64,000 nt of DNA. Origin: Macrostomum lignano (lineage: Eukaryota). The notes below the pieces were generated by a model that was not told where the DNA came from, searched no databases, and saw only the letters and a list, made by a program, of their open reading frames with translations. The stretch spans positions 310,001 to 374,000 of the forward strand of contig NIVC01000364.1 of the NCBI GenBank assembly GCA_002269645.1. The letters run 5' to 3'. The position numbers and the translations under genes are program-made. Of the stretch, positions 11,901-30,800 are shown piece by piece (position 1 is the first letter of the stretch; each line of letters starts with the position of its first letter).

Positions 11901-13250
11901 GCTAGGCTGATCTGCATTAGACGCTGTCTACCAAAATGCTTATGCACTGCAATCAGGATAAGAATATCATTTTTTAATAAACAAGTGCCACTTGGCCAAA
12001 TAAAATTTGGGTTGAAAATATAGTATATTTTTATTGTTAGCAACTTTTTTCATTAGATAAAATGACTTTGATAAATAAATTGTAGCATTTATACTTTATA
12101 TATTTTGAACTATATATAAAATAATATAGCTCAAAAAGACCAAAAATAAAATATAAAAATATACAAAAAACCTTATCTTTAGAATTAAATATGCTTATAT
12201 AATTCTAATATTCTTTAATTATTAAGTATAATTAATATGGACTACAATATACAGATATTTATTTTTATTATTATTAATATATTAATATTACTATCATATT
12301 TAGCAATTTGTAGTATACAAAATGACTATATATGTATGATATGATATATATAATATCTAAGTATGTATCTAAGTAATATCTAAGTATAAAATCTAAGTAT
12401 ATATAACTATTAAAATATGCTAAGTTATTATTGCCTAATTTATTATATGAATAGAGTAAGATATTTTAGGTCTATTTTTTATTATGATTTATATTGAAAT
12501 TAATTTACTTTTATAATACATGTTGCATAGGTTAGCCCTATTTTATAATAAAAAGGCATATAGCAAACTTGTCAAGTAACTTGACCATTTTCTAGGATAT
12601 TCAACTTGCCAAGTTTTACCAAAAAGTATTGAGTTTTGTCAAGTAGTTGAATTAATAAAGTATCAATAAAGTTACTCAAACAAAAAGTAATTGAAAAGCA
12701 AGATTTTGTGCTAAAAGTATTACTTGAGAATCCATAATTTCTGGAAGTACAAACAAAAGTGCAAAAAAATATGACATTTAATGCAAAAAAATATGACAAT
12801 AGAGCAAGGTTGGGGTTTGAAATTCACTAACTACCAATTTTTCATTCTACTTGACTACTCAACAAAATTGACTCAAATATCCAGCTCTAACCCCCAAAGT
12901 TTGGTCAAGTACTCAACTTTACCAAAACCCAAGTTTTTCTGGGGTCTAATTGAAGTATATGTTTACAAATAATACATAGGCGTGTTTTTTAGCTTATTTT
13001 TTCATTCATATATTTGTCCCCTTTTCTTCTTAGATCTATTGAAGTATTTACATGCATTGAGACTAAATCTATCTTACTGTTTTATCTAAATTTAAAGCGC
13101 ACTGTAACATACCCAAGATAAATTTATTTTCTTGACTGCATGAAGTTTTCAAATATATGTTAATCAATATTTTTGCTTAGCTAAATCAGAAATGTTTTTA
13201 ATGGGCTATAAATAAAAAATGCTACTATCTCTACAAAATCTACATATTTT
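8950..13250. other. AT-rich, CpG-depleted island; probably decayed transposon remnants
   Basis: Stretches of 500-1000 bp have no CG dinucleotide. The island contains several inverted repeats and short subterminal-type repeats (10027-10120), and has no credible ORF. Confidence 0.6.
10362..10443 (+). pseudogene. tRNA-like relic (tRNA pseudogene or SINE head; possible GTG/His anticodon)
   Basis: A-box TGGCATAGTGG (10369-10379), B-box GGTTCGAATCC (10414-10424), TTGTGAT loop and a T6 terminator. The acceptor stem does not pair. Confidence 0.6.
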
Positions 13251-13352
13251 TGCTAGAGGTGACAAAGCCTTCAGAAATGAATAAAAAATTGGTGACGCAG
13301 CAATCTGTGAATTGTTAATCTTTGTTTTACAGCACTCGCGTCCTATTCTGGA

Positions 13353-20820
<7,468 letters not shown>

Positions 20821-21884
20821 CCAGATTAAATTAGATGAGTATCTGACTTGAATATTGATATTGTCTGTCATTATTGCTGTTTTTGGCCGACCTAACTGCT
20901 TCTTGAGCTCTTTCTCTGCTTTTTTTTATTATTATTATACTCTAGCTTAAACAACTGGCTCCGTATCTTTGTATTCTGCCGCATGCACTCAATTATTTGT
21001 GTTTTACTATCTCTGATTCGTATTTTTGCGCATCATATTTGCTAATTATAATCTTCCGCAAATTCGCTTATCTTCACTATACAAAGTGTACTTTGTACTT
21101 AATGCAAATATGCACTTTTACTGAACTAGTTAGATGACGAGGCATTTGCTTATTCAAAACACAGTAATAGTTACTCCCGCCGTTTACTCATACAATGTTA
21201 TCATTAGATCATAAAAACAGGGATCATAAAATGTAGGTCTAGGCAGTACAGGCTTATGAATTGCATTGGAGATTTTATCCTGATTTGCGCGCCACCTTGC
21301 CTGAGCTTTGCGAGAATTTTACTTTTGACTGAATTAATTAACCAATTTATTTATTTATTAATTAGGTCATTAGTGCATTAGAGTCCATTAGTGCAATTGA
21401 ATCTGTTCATATTGTTTGCTTCGCTTTAGTCATACGATTGTGAAATCAATTAAATTAATAATTCATGTAAGTGCAAACTATTATTTGTTAATTTCGATAG
21501 AGTTCAAAACGCGTTCCCATTTTGTTGGACTTTATTAACTATTATTTTAATTTTTATATGGTTGAAAATAATTCTATTAATGACATAATAACCTTACTTT
21601 GATTATTCTCTGTATATAGTCATTTTTTTAGTTTTTTTCACTAGCCTATTACAGTATGCAATACTAATTGATATATTGTTATGCATCTCTTAGAGTCCTT
21701 TTTTCTTTAACAACCGGTTTCAATTATGCCGGCGGGTTATGAGCCTGTCACTGACTGTATGTCTAACTGGCGGCCTCTTTATGCATTGATCTCTGCTGCA
21801 TGCTCCTTTTTATTGCTGTTTAAATACCGCTTGCTAGATCAGTATGATGCTTTAACATAGCCTGTCTCACTTTCCCGCCTTCTC

Positions 21885-23310
21885 TCTGTTTATCTCACCG
21901 TCTATCTCACCTTGTCTGTTTATCTCACTGTCTATCTCACCCTTGTCTGTTTATCTCACTGTCTATCTCACCCTTGTCTCTGTTTATCTCACTGTCTATC
22001 TCACCCTTGTCTCTGTTTATCTCACTGTCTATCTCACCCTTGTCTCTGTTTATCTCACTGTCTATCTCACCCTGTCTCTGTTTATCTCACTGTCTATCCC
22101 ACCCGACTCTGTTTATCTCACTATCTATCTCACCCCGACTCTGTTTTTCTCACTGTCTATCTCACCCTGTCTCTATTTATCTCACTGTCTATCTCACCCT
22201 GTCTGTTTATCCCACTGTCTATCTCACCCTGTCTGTTTATCTCACTGTCTATCTCACCCTGTCTGTTTATCCCACTGTCTATCTCACCCTGTCTGTTTAT
22301 CTCACTGTCTATCTCACCCTGTCTCTGTTTATCTCACTGTCTATCTCACCCTGTCTCTATTTATCTCACTGTCTATCTCACCCTGTCTGTTTATCTCACT
22401 GTCTATCTCACCCTGTCTGTTTATCTCACTGTCTATCTTACCCTGTCTGTTTATCTCACTGTCTATCTCACCCTGTCTCTGTTTATCTCACTGTCTATCT
22501 CACCCTGTCTGTTTATCTCACTGTCTATCTCACCCTGTCTGTTTATCTCACTGTCTATCTCACCCTGTCTGTTTATCCCACTGTCTATCTCACCCTGTCT
22601 GTTTATCTCACTGTCTATCTCACCCTGTCTCTGTTTATCTCACTGTCTATCTCACCCTGTCTCTATTTATCTCACTGTCTATCTCACCCTGTCTGTTTAT
22701 CTCACTGTCTATCTCACCCTGTCTCTGTTTATCCCACTGTCTATCTCACCCTGTCTGTTTATCTCACTGTCTATCTCACCCTGTCTCTGTTTATCTCACT
22801 GTCTATCTCACCCTGTCTGTTTATCTCACTGTCTATCTCACCCTGTCTGTTTATCCCACTGTCTATCTCACCCTGTCTGTTTATCCCACTGTCTATCTCA
22901 CCCTGTCTGTTTATCTCACTGTCTATCTCACCCTGTCTGTTTATCTCACTGTCTATCTCACCCTGTCTCTGTTTATCTCACTGTCTATCTCACCCTGTCT
23001 CTGTTTATCTCACTGTCTATCTCACCCTGTCTGTTTATCTCACTGTCTATCTCACCCTGTCTGTTTATCCCACTGTCTATCTCACCCTGTCTGTTTATCT
23101 CACTGTCTATCTCACCCTGTCTGTTTATCCCACTGTCTATCTCACCCTGTCTGTTTATCTCACTGTCTATCTCACCCTGTCTCTATTTATCTCACTGTCT
23201 ATCTCACCCTGTCTGTTTATCTCACTGTCTATCTCACCCTGTCTCTGTTTATCTCACTGTCTTCCCCACCCGACTCTGTTTATCTCACTGTCTATCTTAC
23301 CCTGTCTCTG
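21885..23310. repeat. Minisatellite 30/32 bp (TGTTTATCTCACTGTCTATCTCACCCTGTC)
   Basis: Tandem; source of three spurious ~460 aa ORFs. Confidence 0.97.
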
Positions 23311-23983
23311 TTTAGCTCCATCTCATTCAAATGATTTGTTAGCAGACGCACATTAAATGAATAATTTTTTTGTTTTGTGTTGCTACTATTTCTTTCTGCT
23401 GGGACCCTAAGGGACTTTGACTCAGCCCAGGCCCAGTCTGTATTAGCAGCAAGATGCTCTCATATAAATAATTTAAATATATGCTTATATATAAAAGTTT
23501 TTGATGTCACTGATTGATTTGCGCTCATCAAATATTAAAGGACCCTTTTCAGCGCAAAACAGTTTTTTACTGCTTGCAACTTTTTTTGTTAAATTGTTGT
23601 TAAAGTTTAGCTAGCTTATTACCAAGTAAGTAAATGTTAATGTATGCTTACTAACTACTCGAATCTGTTGCCCGCCTTTGCGTCCTTTATGCTCTGTATT
23701 TTTATTTATATGTTTGTATTTGTTTTGTTAAAATTTGTATAATTTCTGGACTCCAGTCGCGGGGAACAGACATTTATTGCTGGACCCCTTGGGAACACTT
23801 TTTATGTTTCTTGTCTGCAGTCATCCGCGTATATGAATGAATGAATAAATTATTATGCATCCATAATTAATTATTATTACTTTATTCGTCTATTTGAATA
23901 GCAAATTGAGACATTTTTAATTGGTTTTTGCTTTCCAGTTTATTGCTGGCTGCAAGGCAGTGTTCTGATGCACTCAATCGTCC

Positions 23984-24410
23984 ATTGATCACGTGATCCC
24001 ATTCAACTTTATCGATCGCTTTTGTAAGCACAAGCTAATACTAGTATCCAGGTGTCCAGTCATTTATCACGTGATCTCACTCAACTTTATCGATCGCTTT
24101 TGTAAGCACAAGCTAATACTAGTAGCCAGTCATTGATCACGTGATCTCATTTAACTTTATCGATCGCTTTTGTAAGCACAAACTAATACTAGTAGCCAGT
24201 CATTGATCACGTGATCTCATTTAACTTTATCGATCGCTTTTGTAAGCACAAGCTAATACTAGTATCCAGGTGTCCAGTCATTTATCACGTGATCTCACTC
24301 AACTTTATCGATCGCTTTTGTAAGCACAAGCTAATACTAGTAGCCAGTCATTGATCACGTGATCTCATTTAACTTTATCGATCGCTTTTATAAGCACAAG
24401 CCAATAGCCG
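23984..24410. repeat. 70/79 bp tandem array, 6 units, with GATCACGTGATC palindrome and ~219 bp higher-order structure
   Basis: Units are CATTGATCACGTGATCTCATTTAACTTTATCGATCGCTTTTGTAAGCACAAGCTAATACTAGTAGCCAGT; the variant pattern recurs every third unit. Confidence 0.93.
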
Positions 24411-25382
24411 CTCCCGCTACTGTGGTCACGTGATCTTTATTGATCCAAGATAAAAGAAAAAGTCCAAGTCACGAAATTAGTTAGGCAGTTGTTGTCAGTA
24501 AAAAATATTGCATATTGGGCCGCGGGTTTGGCGCTAACCAACGAGTGTTTGTGCTATAAATAGAATTTACTGCATTGCTTTCCAGTATTGAAGTTATAAA
24601 TAAGACTCAAATTCCAATGTGACAAAAAGGTGACAAAAAAGATTTTTTTGTTAAAAGCGGCTGAATACGAGCGTAATTAGAAAGTTAATGTCATTTGACA
24701 TTTTTATAGACAATGCATATGCGTAGTAGTATGTTACGTGCATAGTAGTTTGTTAGTATAACACGCTTTGGCATGTAAAGAAACAGCAAAATAATGGCAA
24801 TTATATATGTATATATATATATATATATAGTTGAGTGAAACTAAGTCTAATTTTAAACTAAGATTGTCCTAGGTCTCTGTGTTGATCTCAACTTGCAGTT
24901 TTAAGGCTTAAGAGAGAAAATTTCTGATAAAAAAGCTGATAAAGAAAACGAAAAACAGTGAAAAAATAAAGGTCTAAGCAATTTTTGTTGTCAAGCATAA
25001 AGACATGACTAAACTTGCTAGCTAAAACTATTCATTTCAATCACTAAGTATGAAGAGGATATGCAGAACGAAGAGAGAACTTAAAAGTGTACATGTTCAA
25101 ACAAGCAAATGTATTGACAAAAGGGTAAAATTATTTTCTGTATATAATAAAACCAATTTTCAAAAAACAAGGGATAGCACAAAAACTTGTAGAACAACCT
25201 TTGTATTATGAATTTGAATACAACCTGTTTTAGTTGGGCAAACATTTCTCGACGAAGAGGGTAAAAGATTGATGGATACAACCATTTGCGACACAAAAAT
25301 TCCGCCATTGTTCCACGGCAAAGCGAGGGAACACTTCATTTAAAACATGTGTAGCTGGGAAAAACTGGCCGAAATTCAGTGC

Positions 25383-27135
25383 TCCCAGACTCTCAGGTGA
25401 GACTGGATTCTCCCACCAACTCTCCCAGACTCTCAGGTGAGACTGGATTCTCCCACCAACTCTCCCAGACTCTCAGGTGAGACTGGATTCTCCCACCAAC
25501 TCTCCCAGACTCTCAGGTGAGACTGGATTCTCCCACCAACTCTCCCAGACTCTCAGGTGAGACTGGATTCTCCCACCAACTCTCCCAGACTCTCAGGTGA
25601 GACTGGATTCTCCCCCCCAACTCTCCCAGACTCTCAGGTGAGACTGGATTCTCCCCCCCAACTCTCCCAGACTCTCAGGTGAGACTGGATTCTCCCACCA
25701 ACTCTCCCAGACTCTCAGGTGAGACTGGATTCTCCCACCAACTCTCCCAGACTCTCAGGTGAGACTGGATTCTCCCACCAACTCTCCCAGACTCTCAGGT
25801 GAGACTGGATTCTCCCACCAACTCTCCCAGACTCTCAGGTGAGACTGGATTCTCCCACCAACTCTCCCAGACTCTCAGGTGAGACTGGATTCTCCCACCA
25901 ACTCTCCCAGACTCTCAGGTGAGACTGGATTCTCCCACCAACTCTCCCAGACTCTCAGGTGAGACTGGATTCTCCCACCAACTCTCCCAGACTCTCAGGT
26001 GAGACTGGATTCTCCCACCAACTCTCCCAGACTCTCAGGTGAGACTGGATTCTCCCACCAACTCTCCCAGACTCTCAGGTGAGACTGGATTCTCCCACCA
26101 ACTCTCCCAGACTCTCAGGTGAGACTGGATTCTCCCACCAACTCTCCCAGACTCTCAGGTGAGACTGGATTCTCCCACCAACTCTCCCAGACTCTCAGGT
26201 GAGACTGGATTCTCCCACCAACTCTCCCAGACTCTCAGGTGAGACTGGATTCTCCCACCAACTCTCCCAGACTCTCAGGTGAGACTGGATTCTCCCCCCC
26301 CAACTCTCCCAGACTCTCAGGTGAGACTGGATTCTCCCCCCCAACTCTCCCAGACTCTCAGGTGAGACTGGATTCTCCCACCAACTCTCCCAGACTCTCA
26401 GGTGAGACTGGATTCTCCCACCAACTCTCCCAGACTCTCAGGTGAGACTGGATTCTCCCCCCCCAACTCTCCCAGACTCTCAGGTGAGACTGGATTCTCC
26501 CACCAACCCTCCCAGACTCTCAGGTGAGACTGGATTCTCCCACCAACTCTCCCAGACTCTCAGGTGAGACTGGATTCTCCCACCAACTCTCCCAGACTCT
26601 CAGGTGAGACTGGATTCTCCCACCAACTCTCCCAGACTCTCAGGTGAGACTGGATTCTCCCACCAACTCTCCCAGACTCTCAGGTGAGACTGGATTCTCC
26701 CACCAACTCTCCCAGACTCTCAGGTGAGACTGGATTCTCCCACCAACTCTCCCAGACTCTCAGGTGAAACTGGATTCTCCCCCCCCCCAACTCTCCCAGA
26801 CTCTCAGGTGAGACTGGATTCTCCCACCAACTCTCCCAGACTCTCAGGTGAGACTGGATTCTCCCCCCCCCCAACTCTCCCAGACTCTCAGGTGAGACTG
26901 GATTCTCCCACCAACTCTCCCAGACTCTCAGGTGAGACTGGATTCTCCCCCCCCCCAACTCTCCCAGACTCTCAGGTGAGACTGGATTCTCCCACCAACT
27001 CTCCCAGACTCTCAGGTGAGACTGGATTCTCCCACCAACTCTCCCAGACTCTCAGGTGAGACTGGATTCTCCCACCAACTCTCCCAGACTCTCAGGTGAG
27101 ACTGGATTCTCCCACCAACTCTCCCAGACTCTGAG
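25383..27135. repeat. Minisatellite 40 bp (ACTCTCCCAGACTCTCAGGTGAGACTGGATTCTCCCACCA), ~43 copies
   Basis: Highly homogeneous tandem array, period 40. Confidence 0.98.
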
Positions 27136-27256
27136 GTAAACGAAAGTGAAATAATCCCTTAATTATGTGCGTAGATGGAGACAGATCGTGCTAACTCGTC
27201 TCGTGGCGTTAAAATAATCTGTACTAATCTCTACCTGACTAGCAAACTAGTTTTTT

Positions 27257-27530
27257 ATCGATTCTGGTACGGACATCTATCGATTCTGGTACAGATATCT
27301 ATCAATTCTGGTACAGAAGTCTAACGATTCTGGTACAGAAATAAATCGATTCTGGTACAGACATCTATCGATTCTGGTACAGAAATCTATCGATTCTGGT
27401 ACAGAAATAAATCGATTCTGGTACAGACATCTATCGATTCTGGTACAGAAATCTATCGATTCTGGTACAGAAATCTATTGATTTTGGTACAGACATCCAT
27501 CGATTCTAGTACAGACATTTATCGATTCTG
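27257..27530. repeat. Minisatellite 22 bp (ATCGATTCTGGTACAGAAATCT)
   Basis: Tandem, about 12 copies. Confidence 0.93.
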
Positions 27531-27805
27531 TATCTACCGACTCTTTCCCACTCAGCAACCAGCTTGCAACACAGTGCGCACAGCACCCGGACTCCAGTAG
27601 AAAACACCTGATTGCTAAACAAAGGATTCGAGCATAGAAAAGGCCAGCTAGGCCACAGAATAGGATCAGTAATAACAAACAAAGGAAGCAAGGAAGGAAG
27701 GTAGAAAATACAAAGGAGAGAAAAACGACACTTGCAGTCATTGTTGCTAATTTGAATTTGCTGCAGAATAGATAGGTGCTCTCGGAGCTGTTCTCAGAGC
27801 GGCAT

Positions 27806-30800
27806 TCACCACAGCAGACAGAAGACGGCTGCAAAGACTGTTGCCAGGCCAACCAAAATCGCTGAGCTGACGCGAGCGGTCGCCCTGGACCCGCCAGAAA
27901 TATTCTGTGTGCTCTTCTTGGGCTCCGTTATGCAGGGAACTGCTAATGGCGGGTTTGGTTCGGAGTTTCAAGTGCGTTTCTCGTGCGAGCTGCATGTAAC
28001 TGTCTGTGAGAGCCGATTTCAAGGAGTATATGGGATGTGTACAGCCTTTTTTAATGTTTCTTTTTTTCAATTCTGATGTACACCCTTTGTGAGCGTCTGT
28101 GCCTGCGTGTGGAATTTGCATGACAATGTTTTACAGCGAATCAAACGGCCTTACCATTTTGCTGCATATAGTTGCGAATGTTCCTCATCTGAGCGTTCCA
28201 GAAGTTGCACTTCCTTCGCCGCAGATTCTCGCCGACTTTATAGCTGCTGGAGCCTTGCTTGACTTCCAGCACAATGTGCGACCGGTTGCCCATCCTATAG
28301 GGCGGCCAGGTCATTATGTGCTCCTGGATGTTCCGCGTGCCCTCCGGCTGGTTCGGGTTGCTGAGGACAGGTTTGGGTGAGGATTGTAGTGCAATGACGG
28401 ATGTTGGGGCGGGTGAGGCTGCATAAGACTGATATTGGGGTGGGTGACGCTGTATAATGACGGATATTGGGGTGGGTGAGGCTGTATAATGACGGGTATT
28501 GGGGTGGGTGAGGCTGTATAATGACGGGTATTGGGGTGGGTGAGGCTGTATAATGACGGATATTGGGGTGGGTGAGGCTGTATAATGACGGATATTGGGG
28601 TGGGTGAGGCTGTATAATGACGGATATTGGGGTGGGTGAGGCTGTATAATGACGGATATTGGGGTGGGTGAGGCTGTATAATGACGGGTATTGGGGTGGG
28701 TGAGGCTGCATAATGACGCACATTGACGATTAAAATGACAAGACTAATTTCTTGTTCAACTGTGTCCTATAAAAGCACTCTTAACTCACCCGGTCTTGGC
28801 AAAGTTGGACCAAAACTTGAGCATATCCCTGCTTAGCTCCTCCTCAGCCGGTGTGTACTTATAAAAGTTCTTGGTGAAATTCTCATTGAACGGCATGCCG
28901 AATGTGTAATCCAGCTCGTAGCCATGCATCGCTCCGGTCCATTCTGGCATTGGCAGGCTCTCGGTGTGGTGCTCAAACGAGTACATCCACACGTTGTTCC
29001 CTAAGCTGGCCTTCCTCTCCAAGAAGCGCAGATAAAATTCCGCAAAGTCAATAACCGGACACTTGAACGTGTTGTCCCCGGTCAGCTCGTCGAAGGCGTA
29101 CAGGACATCCTTGCTGGTCCAGTGGTTGAAGCCGTACTTTGGCGATGGCAGCTGATACTCGAAGGCCAAAGAGTCCACAATCAGTGGGTTGAGATTCTGG
29201 CTGTGCATGAAGTACTTGGCCAGGATCATGGGCGGGTCTTTCTCCACGCGCTGGGCGATGCTTGTCACCTTTTTCAGGTGCTCCGCGTCCTCCTTTCTGA
29301 CGGGATTGGAGCTGCCCCACCAGAACGGTATGTGCCACTTGTTGCTGCTCAGGTTCGTCTTGGGCAAGAAGAAAGAGGACAGCGCGTACACAATCCAGAA
29401 TACGCCTTCGTTCTTCACCACGCCTGGAATTTGTTGCGGTGGACCGCCGAGGTTGTTAAATAGTCTCAGGATTAGTCCCAGATCCAGAGATTTCAACCCA
29501 ACATTCTCGTACAATCTGCTTTCAAAAATCAAATTTTGATATTCATTTTTCCAAATTCTCCCTCCAAGGGTCTCCCTCCGAGATTTTCAATCTGAGATTC
29601 TCTCTCTGAGATTCTCAATCTGAGATTCTCCCTTTGAGATTCTCCCTCTGAGATTCTCCCTCCGAGATTCTCCCTTTGAGATTCTCCCTCTGAGATTCTC
29701 CCTCCGAGATTCTCCTCTGAGATTCTTCCTCTGAGATTCTCAATCTGAGATTCTCCCTCTGATATTCTCAATCTGAGATTCTCCCTCTGAGATTCTCCCT
29801 CTGAGATTCTCCCTCCGAGATTCTCAATCCGAGATTTTCCCTCTGAGATTCTCCTTTGAGATTCTTCCTCTGAGATTCTCAATCTGAGATTCTCACTCTG
29901 ATATTCTCAATCTGAGATTCTCCCTCTGAGATTCTCCCTCCGAGATTCTCCCTTTGAGATTCACCCTCCGAGATTCTCCCTCCGAGAATCTCCCTCTGAA
30001 ATTCTCCCTCCGAGAATCTCCCTCCGAGAATCCCCCCCGAGAACGGCATGCCAGTAGCAATCTCCTTGTAAGAAATTTTTTCTTAGAATCTTCTAGCCGG
30101 AATCTAAATCTTAAATCTTCACAGGCAGCCCAGGCCGAGTGACACAGCCAGGCACAAGGATATCTTGGCGGGATCAGCAGTCAACCCGTAGCAGAGCACC
30201 CGTATAGCAAGCGCGCAAATTCGAAAAGCCATCTCGATCAGATAAGATCGAACCAGACAGGCAGATGGTCGGCACAGAAACTAATGCAAAAATAAATTTG
30301 CACTAAGTGCATGTAAAGCTAGAGGAAATGGACGGCGCTAAAAGGTGGCGACAGAGACATCCGACGGACCGTTTTGAAAATTTTTAGCTTGGCCTGCAGC
30401 GCGCCCAGATATTGGGACGGAGATAAACAAGAAAAGTTTTTAGAGAAAGCCCAGATAGCATGGTTTTCTGTGTCGCCAGTCTGCTAAATAAAGAATAGAA
30501 ATGTTTGATATTAATATTCAGAAATAGCAGAAGATTGAAAGCATCATGCTTGGTCTCGGATCGCATTCCAGCTAATGCTGTCGGGCCGAAAATTCCGTCC
30601 TGTCTTTGAGGTCTAAACTGCCCGCTAACCTCACCCTCACTCAGGTCTAGACTGCCCGCTAGCCTCACCCTCACTCAGGTTTAGACTGCCCGCTAACCTC
30701 ACCCTCATTCAGGTCTAGACTGACCGCTAACCTCACCCTCACTCAGGTCTAGACTGCCCGCTTACCTCACCCTCACTCAGGTCTAGACTGCCCGCTTACC

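Noticed and set aside
25081-25308. 75 aa hydrophobic ORF on the - strand
   Set aside because: AT-rich, codon usage unlike the real genes, no motif and no convincing splice partner.
23984-27135. CRISPR-like arrays
   Set aside because: Units are contiguous with no unique spacers, there are no cas genes, and the context is eukaryotic.
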